Shown here: positions 11,944 through 23,159 of the stretch, one piece after another | Layout of the letters: each line of letters starts with the position of its first letter | Numbering within the stretch: the stretch's first letter is position 1 | Origin: Microthyrium microscopicum | Lineage: Eukaryota | Length of the DNA stretch: 33,774 nt | NCBI GenBank assembly: GCA_010405405.1 | Contig: MU004237.1 | Location: 844,191-877,964, forward strand | Direction: 5' to 3' | Notes under the pieces: model-generated | The model's database searches: none | Seen by the model: only the letters and a program-made list of their open reading frames with translations | Told to the model about the DNA's origin: nothing | Made by a program: the position numbers and the translations under genes

Positions 11944-14514
11944 ATGGTACTTGAGACCTTTGCAGCGATAAGTCTAGCAGGCAATGTCGTTCAATTTGCC
12001 GACTTCTCTGCGAAACTCTTTTCGCAGGCTAAAGAGATATACACCGGCACAACGGGTCATTCCAAAGATGCACTCAACATAATAGCCATAACAAAGAGCC
12101 TACGAGAACAATGCAGGTCATTATCAGCTGCTACGACGAGACCTGCTACTGCCCTTGATAACTCTTCGGGATCACCAGATCTGCATGGAGTCGCGCTGCA
12201 AGAGCTTGCCAAAGTCTGTCAAGAGGCCGCCGAGGAATTGTTGGGGGTTCTGGATAGTCTTGAGGCCAAAGGGAGTGGTTCCAAGCAACGAAAATGGGAG
12301 AGCTTCCGCACTTGCTTGAGAGCAGCATGGAAAAAAGACAAGATTGAAGAAATGGCACAGCGTATTGACTCTGCTCGACTCCAACTGATTTTGCTATTAC
12401 AACAGACCGACATGTGAGTGATATCCATTCGACCCTAGCAAGGCCCACTGAATTTGATGATGTATCACGTTAGAGATCTCAGATTGGGACTGGCAAAACA
12501 TGTGCCGGAGCCATTAAATCTGACATCAAATGACTAACTATTATGCAGTTCCACAAATCTCTCGCTGACGTCGGCCATAAGCAATCATGCTTTGGAGAGC
12601 CAGCAAGCGTTTTCTGACGTCAAAGAGCAACTGGGCAAGATTAGGAGCGATATACTGGACGACGTGGCCCTGGTTCGTGAAGAGCCTGCCGCGACACAAA
12701 ACGAAGATTCAAATTCCGCGAGAAACAGTTTATCAAGGACTATACCGAGCGTTCAATCAATAGATACTCTCATCAATAACGCGAACAACATAAATGAGGT
12801 CTTGCGGGCAACTCGGCACGTCCTCCAAACGTTGAGATTTAGTTCCATGGACGATAGATCAGAGCTTATCCAGGTTGCCCATCATGATACCTGTCTCCAG
12901 GCTTTCGATGAAAAGCTACGTTCCTGGTTTGCCTCTGATGAACCACTCTGCTGGGTGAGTGGCAAACCCGGGTCAGGGAAAAGCACTTTTATGAAATTTC
13001 TCTCCACGTACGAGCAAACGACGACGGAGCTGAGGAATTGGGCTGGACAGCGTCAACTTGTCACCGCAAGTCATTATTTCTGGATAAGTGGAAATCCGCT
13101 GCAGAAGTCGCAGGAAGGTCTTATGCGTACTATACTTCACGATCTACTCTCGAAAGAACCACATCTAGTGCCACACGTTATACCGAAGCATTGGATGGCC
13201 GCGTTGCAAGATGTCACTCCAGAGGCCAAGCTCGAACATGAGTATTTGTATCCATGGACCGTAAAAGACCTCAAGGAAGCATTTCAGAAAGTGACCTCAC
13301 ACGAATCTGAGTTTTGTTACTGCATTTTTATCGATGGTCTCGATGAGTTCAGCGGCGACAAGGACGACTTGATAGAGACAACGAACGCCTTACATAGTTT
13401 GCCAAACGTTAAATTATGTGTGTCAAGTAGACCCTGGAACATTTTTGAGTCGAGCTTTGGTCATTACCCGAAGCTTTACATGGAAGAGCTAAATACTAAT
13501 GACATCAAATTATGTGTCAAAAATTACCTTGAGGATCTTGAGGAATTCAAAGAGCTAGAAGAAGAGGATGGCAAGCTTACAGAGATTACTCAAGAAATCG
13601 TTGGCAATGCCCGCGGTGTTTTCTTATGGGTATATTTGGTGGTCAGGGAGTTGAGAAATGGTCTTCGGAATTACGACAGTCTCACCATTCTGCAACAACG
13701 ACTGCGAAAATTTCCCACTGATCTGGATGGATTTTTCCGACATATCTTCAATTCAATGGATGAGGTGAGTTTTGTCTCCACGTTGTTAACCTGTCTCCCG
13801 GTACGAAGTCAAGGACCGGGTCGGCGGTGTTTGATGTTTGTGGAATATCATGTAGACCAAGCTAAGCAGGCGCAGATCTATTGGACACCAGCTGCGAGAA
13901 TATTCCAAATAGCCTTGTTCGCCGAATCGCCCCTCAGAGCTATCACCTATTTCTGGATTGGTAGGGACGATATTGATCTTGATACAGTGATACGAATCAA
14001 ACCGAACTTTTTGGAACCATCAATACTGCGGAAGCGACAGAGTAGAGTGGCCAAGACACTAAATGGTCGCTTGATGGGCCTCCTCGAGTGTAATTTGGAG
14101 CGAATCGACAATTCCACGGGATTTGAAGCTGCGACGGTCGATTTCTTACACCGGACTGTGAGAGACTTCCTAAAAACATCTGAAATGCAAGAACGACTGA
14201 GGGAGTGGTCACTACCAGGCTTCGATCCATATCATTTGTTATGCAAGGCTTTATTGGCAGATGTGAAGACCAGTCCCCAGTATTCATCCACGCCAGGGGT
14301 CAGCGGCTTGAAGCCACAGCCTCTCAACTCCTGGGCTAAAGCGTTCTCCTATGCCAGGATGAGATGCGATGCACGGCTTGCAGAGTCCACTTTCCATAAT
14401 GAGGCAGATGTACTGGGTCCGATCTTTAGTGAAAAATATTTCCGAGTTGTGAGATCGATGGAAAATTCCTTGGAATTGACCTGTAGATCTTTTGAGGAAG
14501 GGGATGTTAGCTAA
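11944..14514 (+). CDS. Fungal NLR-like STAND protein: HeLo-like/SesA-type N-terminal domain plus NACHT NTPase, about 774 aa
   Basis: Exons 11944-12413, 12549-13764 and 13876-14514. Introns are GTGAGT...CTAAC...CAG and GTGAGT...GCTAAG...CAG, and splicing keeps the frame. The N-terminus AAISLAGNVVQFADF is typical of fungal STAND N-terminal domains. Walker A GKPGSGKST, Walker B IFIDGLDE, plus CVSSRP, GVFLWV and VDFLHRTVRDFL. Confidence 0.9.
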
Positions 14515-15483
14515 ATCATATCCACGCGCCGCCGCTCTGGTGATTGAAATGAAGAATGCGCAAATATGCGCATTTGACACGCAATGTTATCATCTACTGA
14601 AGAGGTTGCTTAGGCCACGATAAGATAGGGAAGCCAAGAGCGAACTTACTGATGCGCGTACATAACTCGCAGCCTGATCAAGCACAAACTCAACGTCATT
14701 AGCAAAAAAAAGATGAAATACGGCGAAGTACTACTATGTTGGAGATGGCTGAAAGCATATGTTTGCAAATATATAAATCATAATACTTGCCAGGTACTAC
14801 CATACATTTAGATAGCAAGGCTGAGCTTGTGTTATTCAATTGTTGTCTGATAAACACCAAAAAAAGGGATTGACGATGGATGTGCGTGACATAGACCTCG
14901 ACTGCTCGGTGGAAATAATACGCAAGCCCTTAGCGGTTCAAAACGCCTCTCTCCTACATCTCCATGAACAATTGGATTCGTAAACACGAGCAAGGCTGAA
15001 ACGTGCTTGGCCTTTAACGCCTCTTCATTCTTCCCAGTGATCCCACAGCCGTTGAAATGCGCCTATCGCTAATTTAGCCGTTGCTTGAGAAGTGTTCTAC
15101 GGCCTCCTCGCTAGGCCTGGCTTTACACCCATCCAGTTGTCCAATTGTGTGCCTCGAACCCGTTAGACGTGCATGAGGCTGTGCTATATTTACCAATGTA
15201 CCGCGTCTTGGCTCAACACCATGCATATGTCCCCAGTCATGGCAATCGTATTGTCGACTCTAGACCAGGAAGAGGTAAAAAAAGCTCACGATGGCTGAAT
15301 TGCTGCCTTTTGCCAAGAGGATGCTCAAATTAGGATTGAGGAATTCGGCTGGCATGGGAGGAGTGATAAGAGAATGGGATAGTTCGCTCGTGTTTTGATT
15401 CTGCATCTATCTTTGCGATATCTTTTTAGTTGTCCAACCAAAAAATTCATATTGGAACTTTAAGAACTTGTGATATTGTGATC

Positions 15484-16403
15484 ATGAAGTTCTTGAACCA
15501 AACAACTCTTTCTGTCATTCTTCTCCTCCAATCTTATGTATTAGCAACACCAGAAATCGACAAGATCGAAAACCTACAAACTCCCAACGATTCTTCACTC
15601 AAGCGCAACATCTTCCAAAAACGTGCCTGTAAGTCAAATTTCGTTCCCAATTCCTACTCCCATTCTAACCTCTTCTCAGGCCAAGCAGGTTATTTCTCCT
15701 GCGGCAATGGTTTCTGCGCACCCATAGGCGCAACATGCTGCCCAGGAACAATTTACTACGCCCTCCCATCCGAATACTGCTGTAAAGAGGGCGGCTCCTG
15801 TCCCAACGGCGAGATCTGTCGCGGCTGTACTGCCGTCGGCGGCGGCGTAACAGGCGGAGGATCAGGATCTTCACCCACGACAACCACGAAAGCGACGTCT
15901 GCAGTTCTACCGACGACGACAGCGGTCTTGTATGAGTATTACTACTATACTGTGACCTACTAGTAAGCTCTCGCCCTAAGACCTGCCAATTTCGAAGGAC
16001 GAGACTGACATGGACTTGCAGTTACTACTCCTACTACTGGTACTACTATGCAGCAACCAGCAGCGCGACATCCACACATATCACCACACGCACCATCGTC
16101 TCCGTGTCAGCAACGGCTTCCGCGCAGGCAGATGTCATCGCGGCGTCAGTGACTGCGACATTGTCATTTTATACACCGCCAGCTGCTACGGCGTTGGCGA
16201 CTGCGACAGATGCGACACCGACGCTGTTTTCGTCGTTAAGCTCGAAGGCTTCTTCTGCGAAATCATCGGCTACTGCGGCGAGTACAAGTGGTGGGGTGAT
16301 TCAGCAGGGCAGTGGAGCACAGGGTCGAGCCAGCTATGATTTGACTGTGATGACTGTTGTGGTCCTTGCTGTGCTTGGTGGAGTGGTTGCTTTTGCTTGC
16401 TGA
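15484..16403 (+). CDS. Secreted, probably GPI-anchored Cys-rich, Tyr-rich, Ser/Thr-rich cell-surface protein, about 269 aa
   Basis: Exons 15484-15628, 15680-15962 and 16022-16403 with canonical GTAAG...CTRAC...CAG introns. Signal peptide MKFLNQTTLSVILLLQSYVLA, two KR sites, a Cys-rich module with two CC pairs, a Tyr tract, an S/T/A stalk, and a hydrophobic C-terminus. Confidence 0.85.
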
Positions 16404-17101
16404 GAGTATTTCGCTGCTTTCTAGTCTGACGATCTTATCTGTCCTTGCAAGAGAATTCGTGAATAATGTCATGGTGTTGACGTCAATGTGTGTAGTCGGT
16501 TTGATTATGAATGAATATTCGAGAACACGTCAGAATTTTCTCATGAGACTTGTGCCATTGCTCAGTCGATTCTACCTCCTTGAAGGTTCGTACCCTTGCG
16601 GGCAGAGTTCGGTCAATGGCCTGATCCCACAAGATAGTCTGCAGGGTCTATGGACTTGTCATCGTGTTGGCTATTGCTTAGGAAGTTGGAGCTTCAAGTC
16701 AAAGGCACGAGAAGCGTGGGCCAGAACTCAGCCACCACCAGACGTGCCTTTTCGTACATGCACAACCCCTGCCCAGAAAGCTTCCACATACCAAGAGATG
16801 CACTGAGATATGTTGAAGGACCTGCTGGAAAGAAGCAAAACCATAGTAGGCCGTGCCCCAGGCGGTATGGACATGCTCTTTTTCATAAATTATCCCAGCC
16901 GCAGTTCTTCAAAGCAAGGCGTATCTGCATGGTAAGAGGATCGTATAAGCCAACTCAACATTGCCCGAAACTGAGATGGTGCTTGTCGAAAGAGACAGAT
17001 ATCGCCAGTCCTAGGAAATGGTGACAATCGAAATGTGACAGGCGCTCTTAAACATAAATCATGCATTCCATTGGGGTATCTTAAATCATTTTCCCCGTCC
17101 A

Positions 17102-17577
17102 TTAAACAGACCCTCCCGCCCTCGTCAAGATCTGCTCAAAACTGTTCCGACTATTCGTATACGTCGTCTCCAAATAATGCAGTTTCTTCTCCAGATTCGT
17201 CACGTCGTTCTTTAGGTCTGAGCCTTCTTTCTCCAGCCTTAACATCACGTCTGATGGCGGTGTTTGGATGAACCTATACCACCACTTCTGTCAGTCCTGC
17301 TGCCGCGATCATTTTTATGGAGAGGATTTGGACGAACATCTTGCCTACGCCTTCATAGACTGCTGTGCCTGATGGCAGGACCCCGACTTCGCTGGCGGTG
17401 AGTTGGAGGATTCGAGATTCGCGCTTTTTGGCGGCGATTTGGGCTTTGACGAGCTGGATTTGTTGGCTGGATTGGATGGATTTTTGCTCGATTTCCATGA
17501 GCACCTGGACGTGTTAGCGGAGATTCCTGATTTGACGCTTATACTACCTTTCGAAGAGCCTCGTTTGGAATCGCCAT
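17102..17577 (-). CDS. PFD1: Prefoldin subunit 1, 122 aa
   Basis: Exons 17577-17548, 17504-17338 and 17273-17102 give MAIPNEALRKVLMEIEQK...VYEGVGKMFI...LEKKLHYLETTYTNSR. These are hallmark prefoldin-1 (Gim6) motifs. Confidence 0.92.
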
Positions 17578-17872
17578 GATGAGTAGAGAACTGGTTGAAA
17601 GATTCGCGCAGTACTTATGAGTAGACAAGATAGGTCAGGTTGAGAGAGCATGGAGGTTTGAGCCGCACTATTTCTAGCACTGCAATTCTGGTGTCTGGCA
17701 AGCAGTTTGGCCCCACCAAAAATATGTCGTCCAAGCTCCTTCCTTGCCTCACCTATATTTCCAGCCAGCTCCATCGACAACTCTGCCACACCACTTCACC
17801 AACAATATCACATATATACTCCCTTTCTCACCTACCTCACAGAATTACCATACAAACCAAACCAAAATCTAA
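17578..17872. promoter_or_regulatory. Putative bidirectional promoter between PFD1 and the TMA17-like gene
   Basis: 295-bp gap between two divergent ATGs, with TATATA at about 17812 followed by a C/T- and C/A-rich leader. Confidence 0.55.
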
Positions 17873-18346
17873 ATGTCATCCCACACCACCCCCATATCAC
17901 CAGCGCGCTTCTCCTCCGCCCTAACAGATCTCCCCCTCTCCGCCCTCTACGCCAAAGCCTCCGAACTCCAAAACTCACTCACCCACCTACGCTCTTCCAA
18001 CGCGCAACTAGCAGACTTTCCAGACGACAGAGACTGCGTGCAAGCAATCCACGAGAATGAAGAGACGATGGCGAATATGCAAGAGCGCATACTGTTGCTG
18101 GCGCGCGAAGTCACGGATGTGAGGGGATTGCCTTGGAAACCAGAGGGGGAGGAGGATATAAGAGCGGTTGAGGATAGTGCGGGAAGGGGCGCGGAGGTGG
18201 AGGGAGTAAGAAGAGAGGGTGGTATAGAGGTGGTGGATCGGACGAGACGGGAGCCTCGGATGGGTGATGAGGAGTTGGCGAGACGGTTGGAGGAGCGGAT
18301 GAGGGAGGGTGAGGGAGAGACGAATGGTGATGGCGTGTATCTATGA
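17873..18346 (+). CDS. TMA17: TMA17/ADC17-like small coiled-coil protein, 157 aa
   Basis: Intronless ORF. The pattern PIxxxxFxxA...ELQNSLTHLRSSNAQL...AIHENE...ERIxxLxxE and the hydrophobic end (GVYL) follow yeast Tma17/Adc17 as I recall it. Confidence 0.75.
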   Translation: MSSHTTPISPARFSSALTDLPLSALYAKASELQNSLTHLRSSNAQLADFPDDRDCVQAIHENEETMANMQERILLLAREVTDVRGLPWKPEGEEDIRAVEDSAGRGAEVEGVRREGGIEVVDRTRREPRMGDEELARRLEERMREGEGETNGDGVYL

Positions 18347-18702
18347 TTTGGCATAACGGGAGAAGATGAAAAGCATATAAGATACCCAATGAATTGATTG
18401 TTAGCGAAAGGATTATTGTATTCTTCATTATAAATAGTGTTCTAAGCTCTTGCGCAGTCTATGCAATTGCAAAAGAGAAAACAAAACACGCCGTCTATCG
18501 AGTGCCTATCATCAACGCCTTATGCCAATCTCATCATATCACAATCTTTGCAGTATCGTGGCCTACTTCGTTTGACGATGGCCAGATGTGTTTCTAAAAC
18601 AAAAGAGGGGCTTTCAGAACAATCTTTCATGGCATGGTCCTGATGCTAGATTCAAACGACTTTCGATTTCGTTGTTGAGCGGGCTGGGGGTATATATGCA
18701 AG

Positions 18703-19876
18703 CTATAGATTCTTCTTCTGCGAGACGTTGGCGGTGTTTTTCCTCCGTACGACGGATGGGAAGGATGTCCAGGATCGCGGCCAGAGTAATTCGACTTGGT
18801 CTTGGTTGTTGTTAAGACAGTGACGAAGCCAGATGCCCCAAACGAGATAAAAGTATGCACCAATACCGGTCATGAGATGCCTGATGACCATCGTTAGTGT
18901 ATGTATGGCAATTCAAGGGGAATATTGGGGAAGCTTACCACCAGCCATGACCTTCTAGCAATATACCCCACGGAAGGCCAATGTCGCGCCTCCATTGTCG
19001 CAATTGATTACAGAATATATTATCGATATTCCAAAGCGCAAAGCCGCCTAGAAAGCTAGAAAGGCCAAACGCTATCATGGTCCACATGGTCTTTAAAATC
19101 TTAATATCGCGATCATCGCATCGCTTCAACTCCTCAATCTCTTCTTTTGACAAATTCTTCTTGAGCCCATTTGCGTCCTCATGCGCCGTATCTGCGTGGC
19201 CATTACTGAAACCGCTAAGTAAGCGTAGTTCCCGCTCTTTTGCTTTCCACTGTGGTCGCAATCCAGATTCCATGACGTACACGCTACGAAAGACGACAAT
19301 GGCGGTTAGGATCCCATAGGCGTTTTGGTGGAAGACGGGGTCTTGCAGGTAGTGGTAGTAGCCGGTAATGAATAGCGCGAGGGAGGCAAGAGATATGGAG
19401 AGGAGGAAGGAGAATATAAAGGAGCGACCGCGGGCGAAGGATGCGTAGAACATTATGCATGTTGTATATATCATTGATAGTTCATCAACGAGTTGCATGG
19501 GGTCTGTAGAATGTGGTTAGTTATCCGGAGCGATCAATATGAAGAGCGTTACTCACATTTCAGTGTCGAGTGAAAAGCAAAGCTTCCGCAGCCAACTACG
19601 AGGTAGCCAAAGAATGAGACTAAAAAGACAGTAGGATGTTGATTCCGGAGACAATTTGATATGCCTCGGTAGGCTAGATACATGAACATGAAGTTGGTGA
19701 TTGTGTTGACGATCTCGGCGGAGTATTTGGTGGCATAGTAATCTTCTTCACACCAATTTAATGTAGCTGTCACCGGTTCCTGAAGGCAAGTTAGCTGTGC
19801 GCCGAGTGATTATGCGGTACTCTGTACTTACCCAGTAGCCCACCTTGGGAGCCGGGTATGGGATTGAGAGGCGCAT
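18703..19876 (-). CDS. Alkaline (phyto)ceramidase, Ypc1/Ydc1 family, about 336 aa
   Basis: Exons 19876-19832, 19779-19557, 19503-18939 and 18880-18703. Motifs GYWEPVTATLNWCEEDY, GSFAFHSTLKYPMQLVDELSMIY, FHQNAY and LLEGHGWWHLMTG. Confidence 0.95.
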
Positions 19877-20834
19877 CGTGGGTAAGAACGTGTCGGATCG
19901 GGTAGAGAAGGATTAAGTAGTAGAAGCAAGTGAAGGGTCGAGTTATGTATTCAGAGAAGCGGGACGAGTCTAGGTAGAAAGACTAGGCATTATTAAAGAG
20001 CAGAACCAGGCTGATCAGTGGAGGAGAGGAAATGAAGATAATTTCGATGTTGAGATAGCTTTCAGGAACTGCAGGAGGAGGGATAGCTTCTTGAAGGTTG
20101 GGAGCTAAAAAGTGGAGAAAGCGGCATGTATGAACCTTAATCAGGTCTAGTGCGGGAGCATGGAAAGCGCGTGGAAAAAATGACGACAGCTCTGAGCTCG
20201 TGTTGAGTCTGTTGATGCTTCAGGGAGTCGCGATACTCGTTAACCTTGCGACTACATGTAAACAAAGAGTAAGCAGAGAGATTGTGGCAGGAACAACCTT
20301 CGTCTCTTGTAGCTGATGATGTTTATCTTGAAGGCGCGCATCGACCAAACATCAGGAGGTTATTTCGCAGTCAGTTCTGTCGGCCTGTCGCGGCATGTAA
20401 CCTATCAATCCACGGCCAGTAGTTGGAGCGCGTGGGAGCCCACTGAAACAAGTTTGGCACATGTCTTTTGACAGGCATAACAAGTCCATATCAGTGCTGA
20501 GTAATAAGAGACCTCGGACTGTAAGTTGCCTCTTGCTCAACCTTTATACAACCCCTACCTCCCCATAACCAGGTCAACCTGTATAGCATAGCTACCTATC
20601 TCTCCTGGAAAGGCACGAATTATTCCGTTGATTGGAAGAGCATCGATGAATGGCTCACGGGCGGACTAATATCGTTTGCGAGACTTCCACAAGGATCGAT
20701 TAGATTAGATGGACCCCCTATTCTCCTTTACTCCTGATGATTTTATATGCTGCTTCAGTCTATTGTATATAAACAAGTCCATTTTGGCTGACTATATTGT
20801 ACACTCTGTTTCTTGGCTACCATATCAGTCGGCT

Positions 20835-21326
20835 CTATAGTTCGAAGCTCATTGACGCCGTCTGCTCATACTGCAGCTGCACAAGCAAATCTTGCGCTAC
20901 AAAGTATACTCCATCCGCCGCAAACTCTTTTGCTCATTGACTTTCAATGCTATCTGGGCCAATAAGAGCCCCGCGGGATCCCATCAATTGGATCATGTAA
21001 ATACGGCTATGCTCAGCAGCACCTTCAAGAGCCCTTCGACCCCCGATTGCCGCACCAGGTGCATTGATGGCTGCTCCGACACTAAGAAGTAGCCGTGCCT
21101 CTTCGATAGAGCAGTGTATTGCGGCGAGCTGAAGCGCAGTTACACCTTTTCGTGCTGCTGCAGGCGAGTTGACCAAAGCTCCAAGATTAAGCAGCTTTTG
21201 GACGAGTTCAATGTCACCTTCTTCCACTGCAGCTTGAACTGAAGGCCTTGAATATCTACCTGTCGCAGTCGTGTCAGCATTTGCTACAAGCGAAAGAAAC
21301 AGTGCACAGCCGGTAGATTGCGACAC
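20835..21326 (-). pseudogene. Ankyrin-repeat gene remnant
   Basis: About three ankyrin repeats (VQAAVEEGDIELVQKLL, GVTALQLAAIH, GGRRALEGAAEH). No in-frame ATG lies upstream of the repeats before the next stop. The TGA at 20936-20934 is followed in frame by AKEFAADGVYFVAQDLL, the expected terminal half repeat, so it looks premature. Confidence 0.75.
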
Positions 21327-21662
21327 TGTATGTCCAATCTTGAGCTGGATCGGTCCGCCATGAACTTGTTTCTCACTATCGCTGGAAGAGGCTAGGCAAG
21401 GCCAAAATCTAGCGAGAAAGCAAGATCTCGACTAGTAGACAAGATTCTGGCAATAATACGAGAGTCTGGATGCACAGGACAGCTCGTATGCATGCTGAGC
21501 TCCAACTGACGTGAGTTACACTATGGAGCTCGCTCAGTGGACGAGATTTTGTCAAGGCAGGTAAAGGGAGACTTCAAATTGCTCCAGCCTGAAAGATTTG
21601 GTTCTAACACTGGTAACCAGCAACGTCATGCTCTTGAAACCTGTACCAGGCGATTGAGCTAT

Positions 21663-23159
21663 TCAACCAACAACCGAATGGCTCTTACGTCTCAAGAACG
21701 CATCTACGAAACTTTTGCGCTTAGAAACAGACATTACACCGCCATTTCTATCCGAAGCTTCCGATTCTGAATCATGATCCTGTTGTGAGATAGCAGTTGC
21801 CCGTCTTACAACTCGTATTCGCTGCTTTCGATTCTCCAAACGCCGTCTGATAACTTGACGCTTCGTTATGGCGATCCAGAGCAAGAAAATCAAGGCAGTA
21901 AATGGCAGTGTGAAAGCCCAATAGATCCAAAAGTTACGTCGAATGACTCCAGGTTCCGTCCATTGAAGCAGTGGTAACGCAAACAGTGCGGCGAAGAAAG
22001 TACCAGGTAAAAACGCCATGGTCATGACTGCAACGGTTTTCATGGATGAGCTGTCGTGTTTGGACGAGATGGCGAGGGTCTTGGAGTCCTTTGCGAGCTC
22101 TATATTTGCATTTGCGTCCTCCTTTGCGATGAGGTTGAATAGCTGGCAGCATATCAGCATATCAGCAGTTACGCAAATATTGTACGATCATACACTTACC
22201 ACTGAGAGTTGTGTCTTTGTCCTTTGCTGGAGAGACTCTGTAAATGCCATGCCCGTAGTAACTGAAGAATGGATAACGCATGTGGCTTCATGTAAGACTT
22301 CAAAATTCTCTAGCAACTCTGCCCAGCGCTGCTTTCCCAGTGTGTCTTGCCATTTCTCCGAAGGCTGTTCGCAAAGCGCACTGATGATGCTTCGCATCAG
22401 TTCCCAATATCTAAGATGCAGTGAAATCACCACTGCCGTTGCACTCATAATATTCGACAAGATAGCCAGATTCGTCCGTCTGTGAGGCTGCTCATGGGCA
22501 CTCCAAGACGAATGACTCGTTTTGGACTCAACATTTAGGAGACTAGCAAAAACCTCATCGTTTATTTCTCTATCGATCTGCTTCATCAAATCGATTCCGC
22601 ACACGAATCCCACCAGTAGTGGCTGGTCAATTAACGTTTTTTGTAGCCTTAATTCGCCCAAGAAGCTCTCGTATCTTAATGTGCCTGGCCTGCATATGAA
22701 TAGCGCGTTTGTGATAGCGTCGGCAGGAGAATAACTCCAACATACGAGATGGGAACCTCGGATATTGATGTAGAAATTGACGGGAGAAGCCACATCAGTT
22801 CTCTCCAAAGGGCCGATACGGTGAAATCCATCTACTCTAGCACTAATGAGGTAGAGCAAATATGGATCGAGTCGAAATTCTCTGAAGATGTCCCAGAAGA
22901 CATCCTTATCGATCAAAAGAGCCTCATCCGGTCGTCGTTTGATGATGAGAAGACGCAGCTGTGCCGTAAGCGTGGCATTGGAAGGTGATCTGCTGCGTAT
23001 CACGTCCAGGATTTTATCTTCGGGTACAGCGTTCTCGGTGATTCCAAACTCGCCATCTTCTGCTTTGCTGATTTGCAGGAGCTCGTAGGTATCTTTGGGT
23101 GGTCTGAAAATTTGGTGCGCGTCGAAGGATTCTCGAGCCCCTTTTCGCAGACCGTCCAT
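21663..23159 (-). CDS. Fungal CorA-like membrane protein with two C-terminal TM helices, about 479 aa
   Basis: Exons 23159-22200 and 22142-21663, intron GTAAGT...CAG in phase 0. Motif DSSSMKTVAVMTMAFLPGTFFAALF...FWIYWAFTLPFT. It lacks the canonical GMN selectivity motif. Confidence 0.85.

Noticed and set aside
12146..14580. Several short antisense or alternative-frame ORFs over the NACHT gene
   Set aside because: Shadow ORFs with no independent features.
14925..15085. Loosely repeated AGC(C/G)GTT...CGCCT motifs upstream of the GPI-protein gene
   Set aside because: Too short and degenerate to separate from chance without comparative data.
15484..15840. KR-containing secreted protein as the DUF3328 substrate
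   Set aside because: No repeated core peptides and it has a GPI-like tail. Even without the TE block it would be about 4.7 kb from the oxidase, with the NACHT gene between them.
16010..16339. 109-aa Leu/His/Cys-rich ORF that looks secreted
   Set aside because: It is an alternative frame of exon 3 of the GPI protein; the poly-Leu comes from the TAC repeats.
16357..17102. ORFs between the GPI-protein gene and PFD1
   Set aside because: No recognisable homology or consistent exon structure.
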